Source: the human T2T-CHM13v2.0 reference genome, Homo sapiens. Taken from it: 64,000 bases of DNA. The stretch lies in the NCBI RefSeq assembly GCF_009914755.1, contig NC_060931.1, one strand, 5' to 3'. The position numbers were made by a program, and so were the translations under genes. Positions 1-11,090 of this stretch are shown here, one piece after another (the first letter of the stretch is position 1; every line of letters starts with the position of its first letter). The notes below the pieces were generated by a model. It saw nothing but the letters and a program-made list of their open reading frames with translations. It was not told where the DNA came from and did not search any database.

Positions 1-2259
1 TTCACAGCAGCATGAAAACAAGCTAACACAGTAAATCAGTACTGGATAGTGTGGTGCTGCTGCAAAGATACCTGAAAATGTGGAAGCGACTTTGGAACTG
101 GGTAACAGGCAGAGGTTGGAATGGTGTGAAGGGCTCAGAAGAAGACAGGAAGATGTGAGAAAGTCTGAAACTTCTGAGACTTGTTGAATGGTTTTGACCA
201 AAATGCTTATAATGATATGAACAATGAAGTGCAGGCTGAGGTGGTTTTAGATGGAGATGAGAAATGTGTTGGGAACTGGATAAAGGTGTCTCTTGCTATG
301 TTTTAGCAAAGAGACTGGTGGCATTTTGCCTCAGCCCCAGAGATCTGTGGAGCTTTGAACTTGAGAGAGATGATTTAGGGTATCTGGCAGAAAAAATTTC
401 TAACTGGCAAAGGGCTCAAGAGTAAACAGAGCAAAAAAATTTGGAAAATTTGCCTCCTGATGATGTAACAGAAAAGAAAAACCCATTTTCTGAGGAAAAA
501 TTTAAGCCTGTGGCAGAAATTTGCATAAGTAACTAGGAGCCAAATGTTAAACATGAAGACAATGGGGAAATGTCTCCAGGGCATGTCAGAGACTTCACAG
601 CAGCCCTTCCTGTCACAGGCCTGGAGGCCTAGAAGAAAAACGTTTCATGGGCTGGATCCAGGGCCTCCCTGCTGTGTGCAGCCTTGGACTTGGTGCCCTG
701 TGTTCCAGGTGGTCCAGCCGTGGCTAAAAGGGGCCAAGTTACAGCTCAGGCCATTGCTTAAGAGGGTGCAACCTAAGTCTTGGCAGCTTCCATGTGGTGT
801 TGGTCCTGCAGGTGCAAAGAAGTCAAGAATGAGATTTGGGAAACTCTGCCTAGATTTCACAGGATGTATGGAAATGCATGGATGTCCTGGCAGAAGTCTG
901 CTGCAGGAGAAGAGCCCTCATGGAGAACCTCTGCTAGGGAAGTACAGAAGGGAAATGTGGGGTGAGAGCCCTCACAAAGTAATGGAGTAGTGGCCAGAGC
1001 CTCCTGTAGGGGCACTGCATAGTGGAGCTGTGAGAAGAGGGCCACCATCCTCAAGACTCCAGAATGGTAGATCCACTGACAGCTTGCACTGTGCTGGAAA
1101 AGCCACAGACACTCAATGCTGACCTGTGAAAGCAGCCAGGAGTGGGGCTGTACCTTGCAAAGCCACAGGAGCAGAGCTTCCCCAGGCTATGAGAGCACAC
1201 CTCTTGTATCAGCATAACCTGGATATGAGACATGGAGTCAAAGGAGATCATTTTGGAACTTTAAGGTTTAATGACTACTTTATTGAATTTTAGACTTGCA
1301 TGGGGCCTGTAGCTTCTTCGTTTTGGCCAATTTCCCCTTTTGGAATGGGTGCATTTCCCCAATGCCTGTACCCCAATTATATTTTGAAGTAACTAACTTG
1401 CTTTTGATTTTCCAGGTGCATATCTGGAAGAGACTTGCTTTGTCTCAGATGAGACTATGGACTTGAACTTTTTTTTTTTTTTTGAGACGGAATCTCGCTC
1501 TTTTGCCCAGGCCGGACTGCAGTGGTGCTATCTCGGCTCACTGCAAGCTCCGCCTCCTGGGCTCACACCATTCTCCTGCCTCAGCCTCCTGAGTAGCTGG
1601 GATTACAGGCGCCCGCCACTGTGCCTGGCTAATTTTTTGTATTTTTAGTAGAGACGGGGTTTCACCGTGTTAGCCAAGATGGTCTTGATCTCCTGACCTC
1701 GTGATCCACCTGCCTCAGCCTCCCAAAGTGCTGGGATTACAGGCATGAGCCATCGCACCCAGCCGGACTTGGACTTTTGAGTTAATGCTGAAATGAGTTA
1801 AGACTTTGGGGAACTGTTGGAAAAGCATAATTGTGTTTTGAAATTTGATAAAGATGACATTTGAGAGGGGTCAGGGTCAGAATGATATGATTTGGCTCTG
1901 TGTCCCCACCTAAATCTTATGTTGAATTGTAATCTGAATTATAATCCCTATGTGTTGGGAGAGGGACCTCATGTGAGGTGACTAGGTCATGGGAGCAGTT
2001 TTCCCATGCTGTTCTTATGATAATGAGTGAGTTCTCACAAGACATAAGGGTTTTATAAGTGTTTTTTCCCTCTTTCCCCTGCACTTCTCTCTCCTGCTGC
2101 CATGTGAAGAAGGACATGTTTGCTTCCCCTTCCGCTATGATTATAAGTTTCCTGAGGCCTCCCCAGCCATGTGGAACTGTCAGTCAACTAAACCTCTTTC
2201 CTTTATAAATTACTCAATCTTGGATATGTCTTCATAGCAGTGTGAAAATGACTAATACA
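1..2259 (+). mobile_element. THE1D/MSTA-like MaLR LTR retroelement: end of 5' LTR (1-30), internal region, 3' LTR 1883-2259
   Basis: Internal text 'aagatacctgaaaatgtggaagcgactttggaactgggtaacaggcagagg' is typical THE1/MST-int. The 3' LTR starts tgatatgatttggctctgtgtcccc and ends gactaataca. Confidence 0.92.
1469..1764 (-). mobile_element. AluY nested in the THE1 internal region
   Basis: Poly-T followed by a full dimer with Y-type 'gcaagctccgcc' and 'gacctcgtgatcc'. TSD ggacttgaactt (1459-1470) / ggacttggactt (1765-1776). Confidence 0.95.
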
Positions 2260-2334
2260 TGCATTAATCTTATTGACACCAGAGAATGGTTCACTATTAG
2301 TAAAGTTTTCCACTATATAATTTAAATATAACAT

Positions 2335-3015
2335 TTAAGATAGACTTCATTTTTTTGAATACTTTTAAATTTACAGAAACATTGAGCAAATAGTACAGAT
2401 AAGTCTGCCATAAACCACATCCTATTTTTCTTATTATTTATATTTTACATGGTATGGACATTTTTTACAATTAATGAATCAATAATGACAGATTTTCAAT
2501 AATCAAAGTCCATACATTATTCAGATTCTCTTTGTTTTAATCTGACATTTTTTATCTCTGTTCCAGGGTCCCATGCAGATACTATATTACATTTAGTTCT
2601 CATATCTCTTTAGGCTTAGGCTTCTCATGCTGTAACAGTTTCTCAGACTTTCCTTGCTTATTTTGAGGCTTTTGTTTGTTTGGTTTCGTTCATTTGCGCG
2701 GAGAAGTGATGACTTTCTTTGTTTTTGAAGACAGGTGTGAAGATTACTGATCAGGTATTTTGTAGAATGCTACTCTAGTGTAAGTTATCTGATGTTTTTC
2801 TTGTGCTTAGATTGAAGATATGAGTTTGGGAAGAAAGATCACAGAGGTAAATTGTCATTTTAATGCAATAATATCAAAAGCATAAACTATCAACATGATT
2901 TACAACCCACTGTTGATATTGACCTTGATTACCTGGCTAAGATCGTGAGATAGGGATCCTCAGGCTTATCCACTGTGAAATGCTACCCCACGCCAATCTT
3001 GCTTTCTAATGCTGT
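2335..3015 (-). mobile_element. Old L1 (L1MD-like) 3' terminal segment
   Basis: 'ttttaaatttacagaaacattgagcaaatagtacaga' and 'gttgatattgaccttgattacctggct' match the L1MC/MD 3' UTR in antisense. Confidence 0.75.
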
Positions 3016-3122
3016 TATCCAATAGAAAGAACCAGACACCTTTGGAGAAATGGCTCATTCCAGGACTGGATCAGGGTGAGCCTACAGCATCTTGAAATGA
3101 CAAAGAATAAAGACATGCTCAC

Positions 3123-3175
<53 letters not shown>

Positions 3176-3540
3176 GCACTGCTAGAGTTGTATTGAAAAG
3201 ACAGAGGAGCCAATTGAAAGAGCTCCCAGAGGCCAAAGCTGGAAAAATTTGAGTAACAAATAAATAAATTAAATTAAGTAGTATTGATTATAACACAAGT
3301 ATAAAATAAATAACCATGATAGTATGCTAGTATAAATAAGAGATTGAATAAATTAATAAGTAGGGAGGAAAAGACAATTCTTCCATGCACAATAATTTCA
3401 AGTAATGTATGTAGCTATTCTGCCCACAAGGAAGAGAAGCCTAACTCTCTACTCCTGAAGTGTGGGCTAAGCATGCTGACCTCCTTCCAAAGAGTACAGC
3501 ATGGAAAAAGGAGGGGAGAAAAAGAAGGTAATCTTTGTAG
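3016..3540 (+). mobile_element. L1MD-like 3' UTR segment, inverted relative to 2335-3015
   Basis: 'ctttggagaaatggctcattccaggactgg', 'gaaagagctcccagaggccaaagctgg' and 'gtgtgggct...ccttccaaagagtacagcatggaaa' match the sense L1MD 3' UTR. Confidence 0.7.
3124..3174. repeat. (CA)n microsatellite
   Basis: Directly visible, about 25 units with one interruption. Confidence 0.98.
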
Positions 3541-5463
3541 CTTATTGAGCTTTGCAAATGAGTGAGCAAACTGAATAAACTGACCAGTGAAAGATTAGCA
3601 TGCTAGTTAAAGATGACCTGGTTGATGGCTGTTAAAATTATGAAACATGAACATGGAACTAAAGCATCCAATATTAATAATGATGGATTGAAAATCATCA
3701 AAATTATTAAAATGCAAACATAAACAGTATACTTCATTATAATGTCAGCTTTTTAACATGACTTACCTATGTATAGGTGTTTACCTATGTATAAATGTCT
3801 ACTAATCTTAATATCACTCAAGTTTCAAAATAATCTCAAAAGTGTTGCAATTGTTTATCAGCGTATTTCTTGGTTATGGTGAATTCTTCTTTTCTTTTAT
3901 CTTTTTTTTAGTTATTATTTAGGTATTTAAATTTAGGATGAATTAACATGGACATAGATTGTGTATACATATCTTTATTAATTGGGCCTTTCCAAAAATT
4001 ACAAACAATTTTTAAATAATTTTTAATTAGTATTCTTATATACTCTATCTGATCTGATCATTACACTATTCCTGTATGTTATGCATTATCATAAAACTCC
4101 CAGTCTCTCACAATTTTTTATGAGGGGTAAAGCCCTAATATTAGAAATAACACTTTTTGCTAAAATCTCAGGGAAAGTAAATTATAAACTCCAAAATCTT
4201 TAATTTGACTTTACAGTCAATAAAAAGATTCAAGATCACTATTACCTACTTAAACAATTGGTTATACTTCAATAGTATTTAGCATTTGTTCAGCATTGAA
4301 CAACATGAAGGTATAAAAAATTAGGGAAGACAAATTCCTACCCTCAAGATTCTTATTACCTAGTAAGAGATCATAACAACAGAAAAAGTAAAGAATACAA
4401 ATGTTTGAAAATAGACTATTAGCTTGACAGGTATGGCAAATGTATAAAAATTAAAAAGGATTTTGGCCATGTTTCCTGGAGAAAGGGAATTGCTTTAAAA
4501 CCACATTTTGAGGTGGGAAGGAATGTGATCAATGTTATTGCCCATAGTAAATCATCATTATTATTATTGTTATTATGACTTATTCCACAAATGTGAATAT
4601 TTGTTTCTCCTTTCAAGGATTATGTTATGGAGTGTTGAAATGCTACTTTACTTAAGTACTCTGTACCACTCCAGATGTTTAGAGGAAGAATAATAATAAC
4701 TTTTCAAAACAAGCCTATGGCTACTCTTGTTCATGAAGAAAATTATTTATTAATTGACAAGGATGATTCTGAAGGAACATGTGTCAGCAATGTATTGAAC
4801 CGCCCAGACAGAACAGCAAAGTTCAGAGTCAACATTTGCTTTTCCAAAATAATGAAGTTATAACAAACAACCCGAAGACATAATATTCATTAAACTAGCA
4901 CCAGTCAGAATGTCTTCCCCTTGAGATTGAGAATTTGATATTACACAGGCATAATAAAAATAGTAATGAGTTAGCCCAGTAGCTTTGTTAACACAGTAAA
5001 CAGACACTGAGACACAGAGATGCTTGCCAACCCCCGAAGTTATCTTCAGAGACACCTCTGGTTTATGATAACCCTTTTGATAGTTAACAAATATCCATGT
5101 AATGGATTGAGAGCACAGTATGAAGAATAACTGGAGACTATGAAACTTCTTGAATTAATTTAACTTCAACCCCAAGCAATATCCTTTTTAGTTTTGGAAA
5201 AGAAAAATATGTGAGAGTAAATCAGCTTGGTGACTCAAGTTCAAACCTGAAGTCCGGTCTGTTAGCCTGTCGGAAACAGTAGAAGATATGCTTCCTCTGC
5301 CTTTCTAGTTGTTCATATTCCTGACCTTCCCTGCCACCAAAAATAATTCCCATTCCCACGCTTACTAGTCTTCCCCACACATAAAAGAGAGATTACAAAT
5401 TCAGTTTTTCTTTGTGTATTTTTCCTCTGCAAAATATAAAGCAAATCATTAGTAAAGACTTAC

Positions 5464-5477
5464 CTATGAAGGCAATT
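5464..5477 (-). other. Candidate 14-nt microexon or recursive splice site
   Basis: Minus strand reads gctttcttttgcctttcaccAG|aattgccttcatag|GTAAGT. Confidence 0.4.
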
Positions 5478-6089
5478 CTGGTGAAAGGCAAAAGAAAGCC
5501 ACAGCAATTACTTTTCTATCTTTTATCGTTAGTTTCTGCTAGTGTTGATGATAGTTTCCCGATAATTCCAAAACATTTTACATTGCCAGATACTTTTTCT
5601 TAACCTCCCATCTCAGAACATCAACAGGAAAGTAACCAGAGTGAACTACAAAAGTGAACCAATGGTACTGAAATACGAAGTAAATTTTTAGGTATTCAGG
5701 TCATGAGGACAATAAGTAGACTGAGGAAAACCTAACTAATCTCAGGAAATGTTCTTAATACAACCATGGGATTTCTGTTTGATAAATTCTTTTTCTTTTT
5801 TTTTTCCTTTACGGACATTGTTAAAGAAACTAATAATTCCTACAAAGGAAAATGAAACCTGTAGGTATGAATAGATCATTAATATCACATACATACGATT
5901 CTGGGCTTATCGATTTGATGTGGTTCATTCTCATTCTCAACCATGAATTGCATTTAAAATTTTGAGTGTTCTCCACATGTAAATGATAACAGATACAGAT
6001 ACAGCATCATAACTGACCTTAGAAAGCCCTCCCATTAAGTGGGGTCATGACAACTTTCTTGAAGTTTCTGAAAGGAGACCCACACCCAG

Positions 6090-6430
6090 GTAAAACAGTT
6101 CGTATCTCAGTTCGTGCCCTTACTAGCTTATATTTGGGCACATCAAGCAACATTTTTGCATCTCATTTATTATCATCTCTAAAATAATAACTACCTAGCT
6201 TATTCCCCCAGCAATACAATTTTTTTTTAAGAATTACGGTTCTTCATTAAGAACATAAAAGCCAAAATGGGACAATACCCATTTATAAATCTTTATGTCT
6301 TTGTTTTTTTTTTCTTTTCTGTTCAAAAAGAAAAGAATAAGAGAATAATGACACTTGTATCATATTGTTGAGGATATTAATTGTGATAAAGTTCACAGCA
6401 CCTGAAACACAATAGGTGTTTGATAAATGT
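6090..6430 (+). mobile_element. MIR fragments (degenerate, interrupted)
   Basis: 'tactagct...ttgggca...catctcattt' core and 'cacagcacctgaaacacaataggtgtttgataaatgtt' 3' end. Confidence 0.55.
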
Positions 6431-6752
6431 TTCTTCCCTTCTCTAGGAACTTTCCATTTCACAATTGGGCAAATTCCATTGGAAATTTTGGCAATTCGAA
6501 TCAGTACTGTTTTACTGTCTGTCAGCCCTTGACCCTACTCTTATCTCGTCCCACATCACCTTCCTGTATTTCCTGGCCTTTCCCTTCCAAGAGCCAAGGT
6601 CATTGCCCATCTCCCTGACCAGGGCCATCACTTTGCGCCTGTCAGCGATGGCACCCCTGACCCGTCTTATCCGCTGGGGCGAGTCTCAGAGACTCTAAGA
6701 CCCGACTGGGTTAAAGCAGTGGCCAGCTGGGGCTGATCACTCCCAACCCCGA

Positions 6753-6955
6753 TCTTCTTGCTCATCCTCCTTGCTGTCTGGCCTCGGAGAAGGAAAAGGA
6801 GAAGGGAGGGCATCATTGGAGTGATGACATGTGTGTCTTCTTGCTCATCCTCCTTGCTATCTGGCCTCAGAGAAGAAGGAAAAGGAGAAGGAAAAGGAGA
6901 AGGAAAAGGAGAAGAAAAAGGAGAAGGCAAGGCATCACTGGAGTGATGACATGTG
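6753..6955. repeat. Two-copy tandem duplication (83-bp period) with a nested (GAAGGAAAAGGA)n expansion in copy 2
   Basis: tcttcttgctcatcctccttgct..ctggcctc...catca(t/c)tggagtgatgacatgtg occurs starting at 6753 and at 6836. Confidence 0.95.
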
Positions 6956-8489
6956 GCTCTCTCCCTTCTCTGCCCTTCACATTTTTCTTTCCACGTGCAG
7001 AACTGGGAAGGCTCTGACCACCCCTGCCCCCGCGGTTGCCATGGTTACACAATAGCAGCAGCACCAGACCCAGGAGATGTCTCAGACCTCTCCTCTACCT
7101 CCGCCTCAACCCTTCCCTCTCTGTTAGGAGATCCTCCCCCTCGTCTCTGCGCGCCCCCACCCCGCCATCCCCCGCTAGCGCACACATGCAGGAGAACCCT
7201 TTTTAGGCTAAACCGGAAAGTTTAGGTCTTCTCCCCTCTTCTTTTGCTTGTGCAAATAGCACTAAGCTAAACGGAAAGTGGTGGGGTTTTGGTGATGAAA
7301 TAAGAGTCCACGCACAGAAGCTTGCCTTTTATTACCGCTTCGCTCGAGGCGAAATCGCTGAAAGTTCGGCTATTTAACTCCTGTCCCCATAACTCGGAAT
7401 CCCGGACACCAGCGGCCCCAGCTGCTGGCGCGCGGCTCTCTTCCAGTCCCCTGGATCCCAAAGCTCCCTGCTACAGCGCGGCGTCTCCTCCTCCTGTCAA
7501 CTTCCCTCCTTGCACTGTGACGGAGGCAAAGCAACTCAGCCCAGGAGGTTGAACTCGAGTCATCAGAGAAGGAGAAACAGTGCCGAAAACGGCCTGTGCG
7601 CTACCAGGGTAGCCCATTAACGCATTAACTCCAGGCTCGTTGGGCAGAAGCCGGGAGGAAACACCCTGGGGACCGCACTCCTGGTTAAATGCCCAGCACG
7701 AGTCAAATCCGGCCTTTCCAAAGCGAGCCAAGCCCACTACTACAAAGAGATCCCCCGAGTGTTTTGCCTTAACCACATTTCAGACAGCCAGCTTTGTGGC
7801 TGCTGTTTGACTCCAACTTTCCCTCTAAATCTAAAAGGATGCACACTTCCATCAGACGGAACGTCGCGATTCCCCGGCGAAGAAAAAGGCGTCGCCCATT
7901 CCTCTTCCAAAACGCTACAACAAAAACCACCACGCTTCCCTTCCTTCTTCCTTGCCCCTTTCCCTTCTCCCAGACCAACAAGGAAAGGAGCGAGCGAGGG
8001 CGCAGATGCCCTTTGGTCAAGTACTCCCCGGATGTTCCCGACTAAAGCGTCTCCAAATGAACCTGCAGCCTGCGGAAGCCGGGGACACATTCATAGACGC
8101 TCTCTGCTGCCCAGACCAGGAGGGGTGGTGGGGGAACCAGGAAGCCAGGGAGAGAGCAAAGTTCCTGGACGCGTCTCAGGAGGAAAACTTTGTGCAGTGC
8201 TGCCAGGCGGAGGCTCGTCAGAAGGCTCCGCAGCTGCTGAGGCGGGGTGGGACTGCGCCCCAGGGGCCGCGCTGAAGCTGGCGCCGCGATTACTGCGCAC
8301 CGATTTCGCCCACTCTCTGTCCGCTCCCGGGAGCCTTCTCTGTCTCAGGACGGTTCCTTATCTCCCAAACCATGCTCGTCCTCCACTTCGGACCCACAGC
8401 CACCCCCAAATCCCGGCTATCCCCGCTTAGCACCGCGGTCTCCAGCACACCCTCCCACTGGAGTAGCAGGTGACCCAAACCAGACTTAC

Positions 8490-8790
8490 CTGCTGTGAAC
8501 TCTTCTCTCCCTCTCTCTTTTCCTGGTGCCTTTTCAGGGAGAGGGGAACGGGATGCAGGCTGAGGTCCAGCGGCGCGGCAACCCGGGGCACCGGCGCGCG
8601 TTCCTCTGAGCCGCAGCCCTGGCTGAGCAAGCGGAGCCGCCGGCAGCCCTGGCAGAGCCGGGAAGCTGCGGCCGTAGGGGCCAGGCCGGGAGGCAGGGGG
8701 CGCTGCTGCCTCCCCCGAGAGCCGCGCTAGGACAGGCGGAGAGCAAGGCACCAGCTGGAGCTTTGGGGAGGAGAGGGTGGCGAGGAAAGG
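8490..8790 (-). other. Putative non-coding first exon (5' UTR) of an unidentified leftward-transcribed gene
   Basis: Consensus donor CAG|GTAAGT at 8490/8489 on the minus strand inside the island. No ATG on the minus strand between 8490 and 8790. The 5' boundary is only estimated from the TATA-like element. Confidence 0.7.
8688..8706 (+). promoter_or_regulatory. CTCF-like motif
   Basis: ggaggCAGGGGGCGCtg matches the CTCF core; the upstream CC of the consensus is absent. Confidence 0.4.
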
Positions 8791-8799
8791 CACGCTCCA

Positions 8800-8960
8800 A
8801 ACAGGAGGGCGGCTTTTAAGTTTGTGGTGTGACCGCAGCAGCTGTCCTGGGAGAGACTCAGTCTTTCTAAAAAGAGGATGCTGAAAACGCCGGGGATTAC
8901 CTTTCCCCTTCCGATCTCCTCCCCCAGCCCTCGCCCCCTCCTTCCACTGCGCACGCCAGA
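8800..8960 (-). promoter_or_regulatory. Core/proximal promoter motifs: TATA-like TTAAAA (8814-8819), GC boxes (8805-8812, ~8915-8940), NRF1-like TGCGCACGC (8948-8956)
   Basis: Motifs read by eye immediately upstream of the putative exon 1. Confidence 0.45.
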
Positions 8961-10589
8961 ACTCCCAAGCGTGCAGAAGTTCATCCCTGCTGCGCCGAGG
9001 CTGCCAGCAGCATGGATTTAGAGGTAGCCCTGGCCAAGCGCTGACGGATGTTTATCAGGACAGGGCACCCTATGTGTAAAGCAACCTCTAACGTCTGATC
9101 TTCCTTCTGGGTGACTTGGGGACTTCTTTAGTTCCTTCTCTATACCATAAAACCTGTTAAGGGACCCCATGAGGAAGAAACAGGGAGAGTGACCACAAAC
9201 ACCGTCCTAAAAATGCTAATCCCACAAAACAGTACCTGCGTTCCACTATGTAAAACCTCAATCCACGGTTAATGGCCTTGACAAGGCAGGCATAGGGATG
9301 AGGAACAGGGATCAACCCTCCGTTAAGGGGCTGGCACCCGATTAAGACCAAACAGGGAGAGATAAAAACGAGTAGAATGTAATCCTTTCTTCCTCTTTCC
9401 CTTACGCCAGACCTACAAAGAGGTGTGCCTCATATCCTTGTCTTCGGGAGTTTTTTAGATTTTTGCACCCCTTATTCACACAGTAGGAACTTAGAAGTAT
9501 ATAATGACGAGAAGATCTAAGTTTTGATGAACCTGGAACCTATGCAATTGGAATAGAGGATCCTCTTTAAGCAAAAGTAATGCAGAAATATCTCACTTCT
9601 ACAGATTCTGCAAAAATATATGACAATGAGAGTTCATGAGGCCACCGTCAGGGACATTAAAAAGGCCTGTGCATTTGGTGAGCCCGGTACGTTAGGCATT
9701 TTTAGCTGCATGGTAAATCCTTTGTGATGGGATATCCAGGTTTATAGTCACACACCTTGCCCTTAGTCCCAAACATAAATCTGACATGAGGTAGAGACAT
9801 GGAAAGAAAGCAGCCACGGGATCCTGCATTTGTCAGCTTGATTTAAGAGCACAAGGTGTAGGGTCCCAAAGCTTCCTTAGCAAGTAACAAGAGATATCTT
9901 GATTTGGAGATGGTGAACAGACAAATGCAGTAATGGAATAACTGAAAGGGGTGGAAGACATTCTTCATTTGACCTTTTATCTGTGGCAGAGGGCTGAGGG
10001 CCACAGAAGCTAAAGGAGTCATTTTAAGTTATAAATGGTTGATGGCAGAGTCAGGCTAAGGAAAGGCTCAGGTTTCCCAAATCTGACCAAGGCTCTTTCT
10101 TGTGTCTCATGCTGCCCCATCTCTATAACCTTGGTTTGGACTCACAACCAATCAACCCCATAAATACCCTCTTTGGATAGAGAAAAAAATTTTAAATCCT
10201 CGTAGACTATTTCAAACTATAGCAACTTTTATTTTTTTTCTGAATGCTTTATATTTAATGTTATACCACTCATTCTGTACATAGTCATGCAATTGTTTAT
10301 TGTATGTTTCTATGTGTTTATATTATTTTCATTTGTATATGTCATTGCACTTCCATGCAAATTGCAATGTCATTGTGCAAATAAAATATCTCTTTTTTTC
10401 TCCCGTATATGGTGGGTTTATAGTAAGTAGTTTTTGATTTTTAGAAAATCTCTATTTTTAAACTTTTAAATAATTTTGTCAGTTTATTGGCCAGAATTTT
10501 GTGTTTAACTAGAATTGTGGTTAACTTTGGATTTCCCATTTTCCTCCTTTCTCTTTTAAGTTGTAGCTTAATATGCTTAAACCAAATGA

Positions 10590-11090
10590 CACCTTCCTTT
10601 GCTACCATTCAATACTTTCCATAAAGCCCTTACAGAATTAATCACTCCCTCCTGTTTTCCCAAAGCACTTTGATTTCACTACTATAATAAGCTCTTTTCA
10701 CTTTATATTATAATTAGTTATGCATGTGTCTGCATCCCATACAAAAGTGTTGGCTGTTTTGTGTCTTTGTTTCTTCAGCCTCTAATACAATGCCTGTGAC
10801 ATTGTATTGTACTGATTTAGTTTGAGATGCTCAGACTTCAAATTTAGACAGAATTTACCAGAGTATCCTGAACATATCATGAGAAAACAACATCTGGAAC
10901 GTGAATTCTGTGCTTTCCTTCCTTTTAATGACTCTGAGCACAAAGCAGATGGAATCAACTGTTAATATGTTGCCCAATGTGATGAATGGCCTCAGCTGTG
11001 TCCATGGCTCCGTAATCTTCAGGCTGCTTCCCTGAATGTCTTGAATGTGTTAGGTGCTTAACAAATATTTGTGTGTTAAACGAGTTAATA
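10590..11090 (+). mobile_element. L2 3' end fragment (interrupted)
   Basis: 'cagcctctaatacaatgcctgtgacat' and 'taggtgcttaacaaatatttg' resemble the L2 terminus. Confidence 0.55.

Larger units (their letters stand above)
7020..9050. promoter_or_regulatory. CpG island / promoter region
   Basis: Sharp rise in GC and CpG density (many cgcg, gcgc, ccgg) against AT-rich, CpG-depleted flanks; free of interspersed repeats. Confidence 0.92.

Noticed and set aside
375-1251. ORFs up to 148 aa in the first 1.3 kb
   Set aside because: They lie in decayed THE1/MST internal sequence.
3755-3800. Minus-strand TAG|GTAAGT within a short tandem duplication
   Set aside because: No pyrimidine tract or acceptor nearby.
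6815-6955. gtgatga as a snoRNA C box
   Set aside because: No suitably placed D box with a terminal stem; the motif is part of the duplicated unit.
6667-7064. ORFs with RRRK, EKEK, GEGK or LLFL repeats
   Set aside because: Translations of the (GAAGGAAAAGGA)n repeat in different frames.
7759-8430. 223-aa + strand ORF and other overlapping ORFs in the CpG island, including 8290-8793 (-)
   Set aside because: Stop-poor GC-rich sequence gives ORFs in several frames. These two start at GTG, are P/G/A/R-rich with no recognisable domain, and the minus one runs through the splice donor.
8426-8447. REST/RE1-like 'ttagcaccgcggtctcc'
   Set aside because: The left half-site fits, but the right half (GGACAG) has three mismatches.
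10340-10385. Octamer ATGCAAAT near CATTGT as an Oct-Sox composite
   Set aside because: Order and spacing do not match the composite motif; expected by chance in AT-rich DNA.
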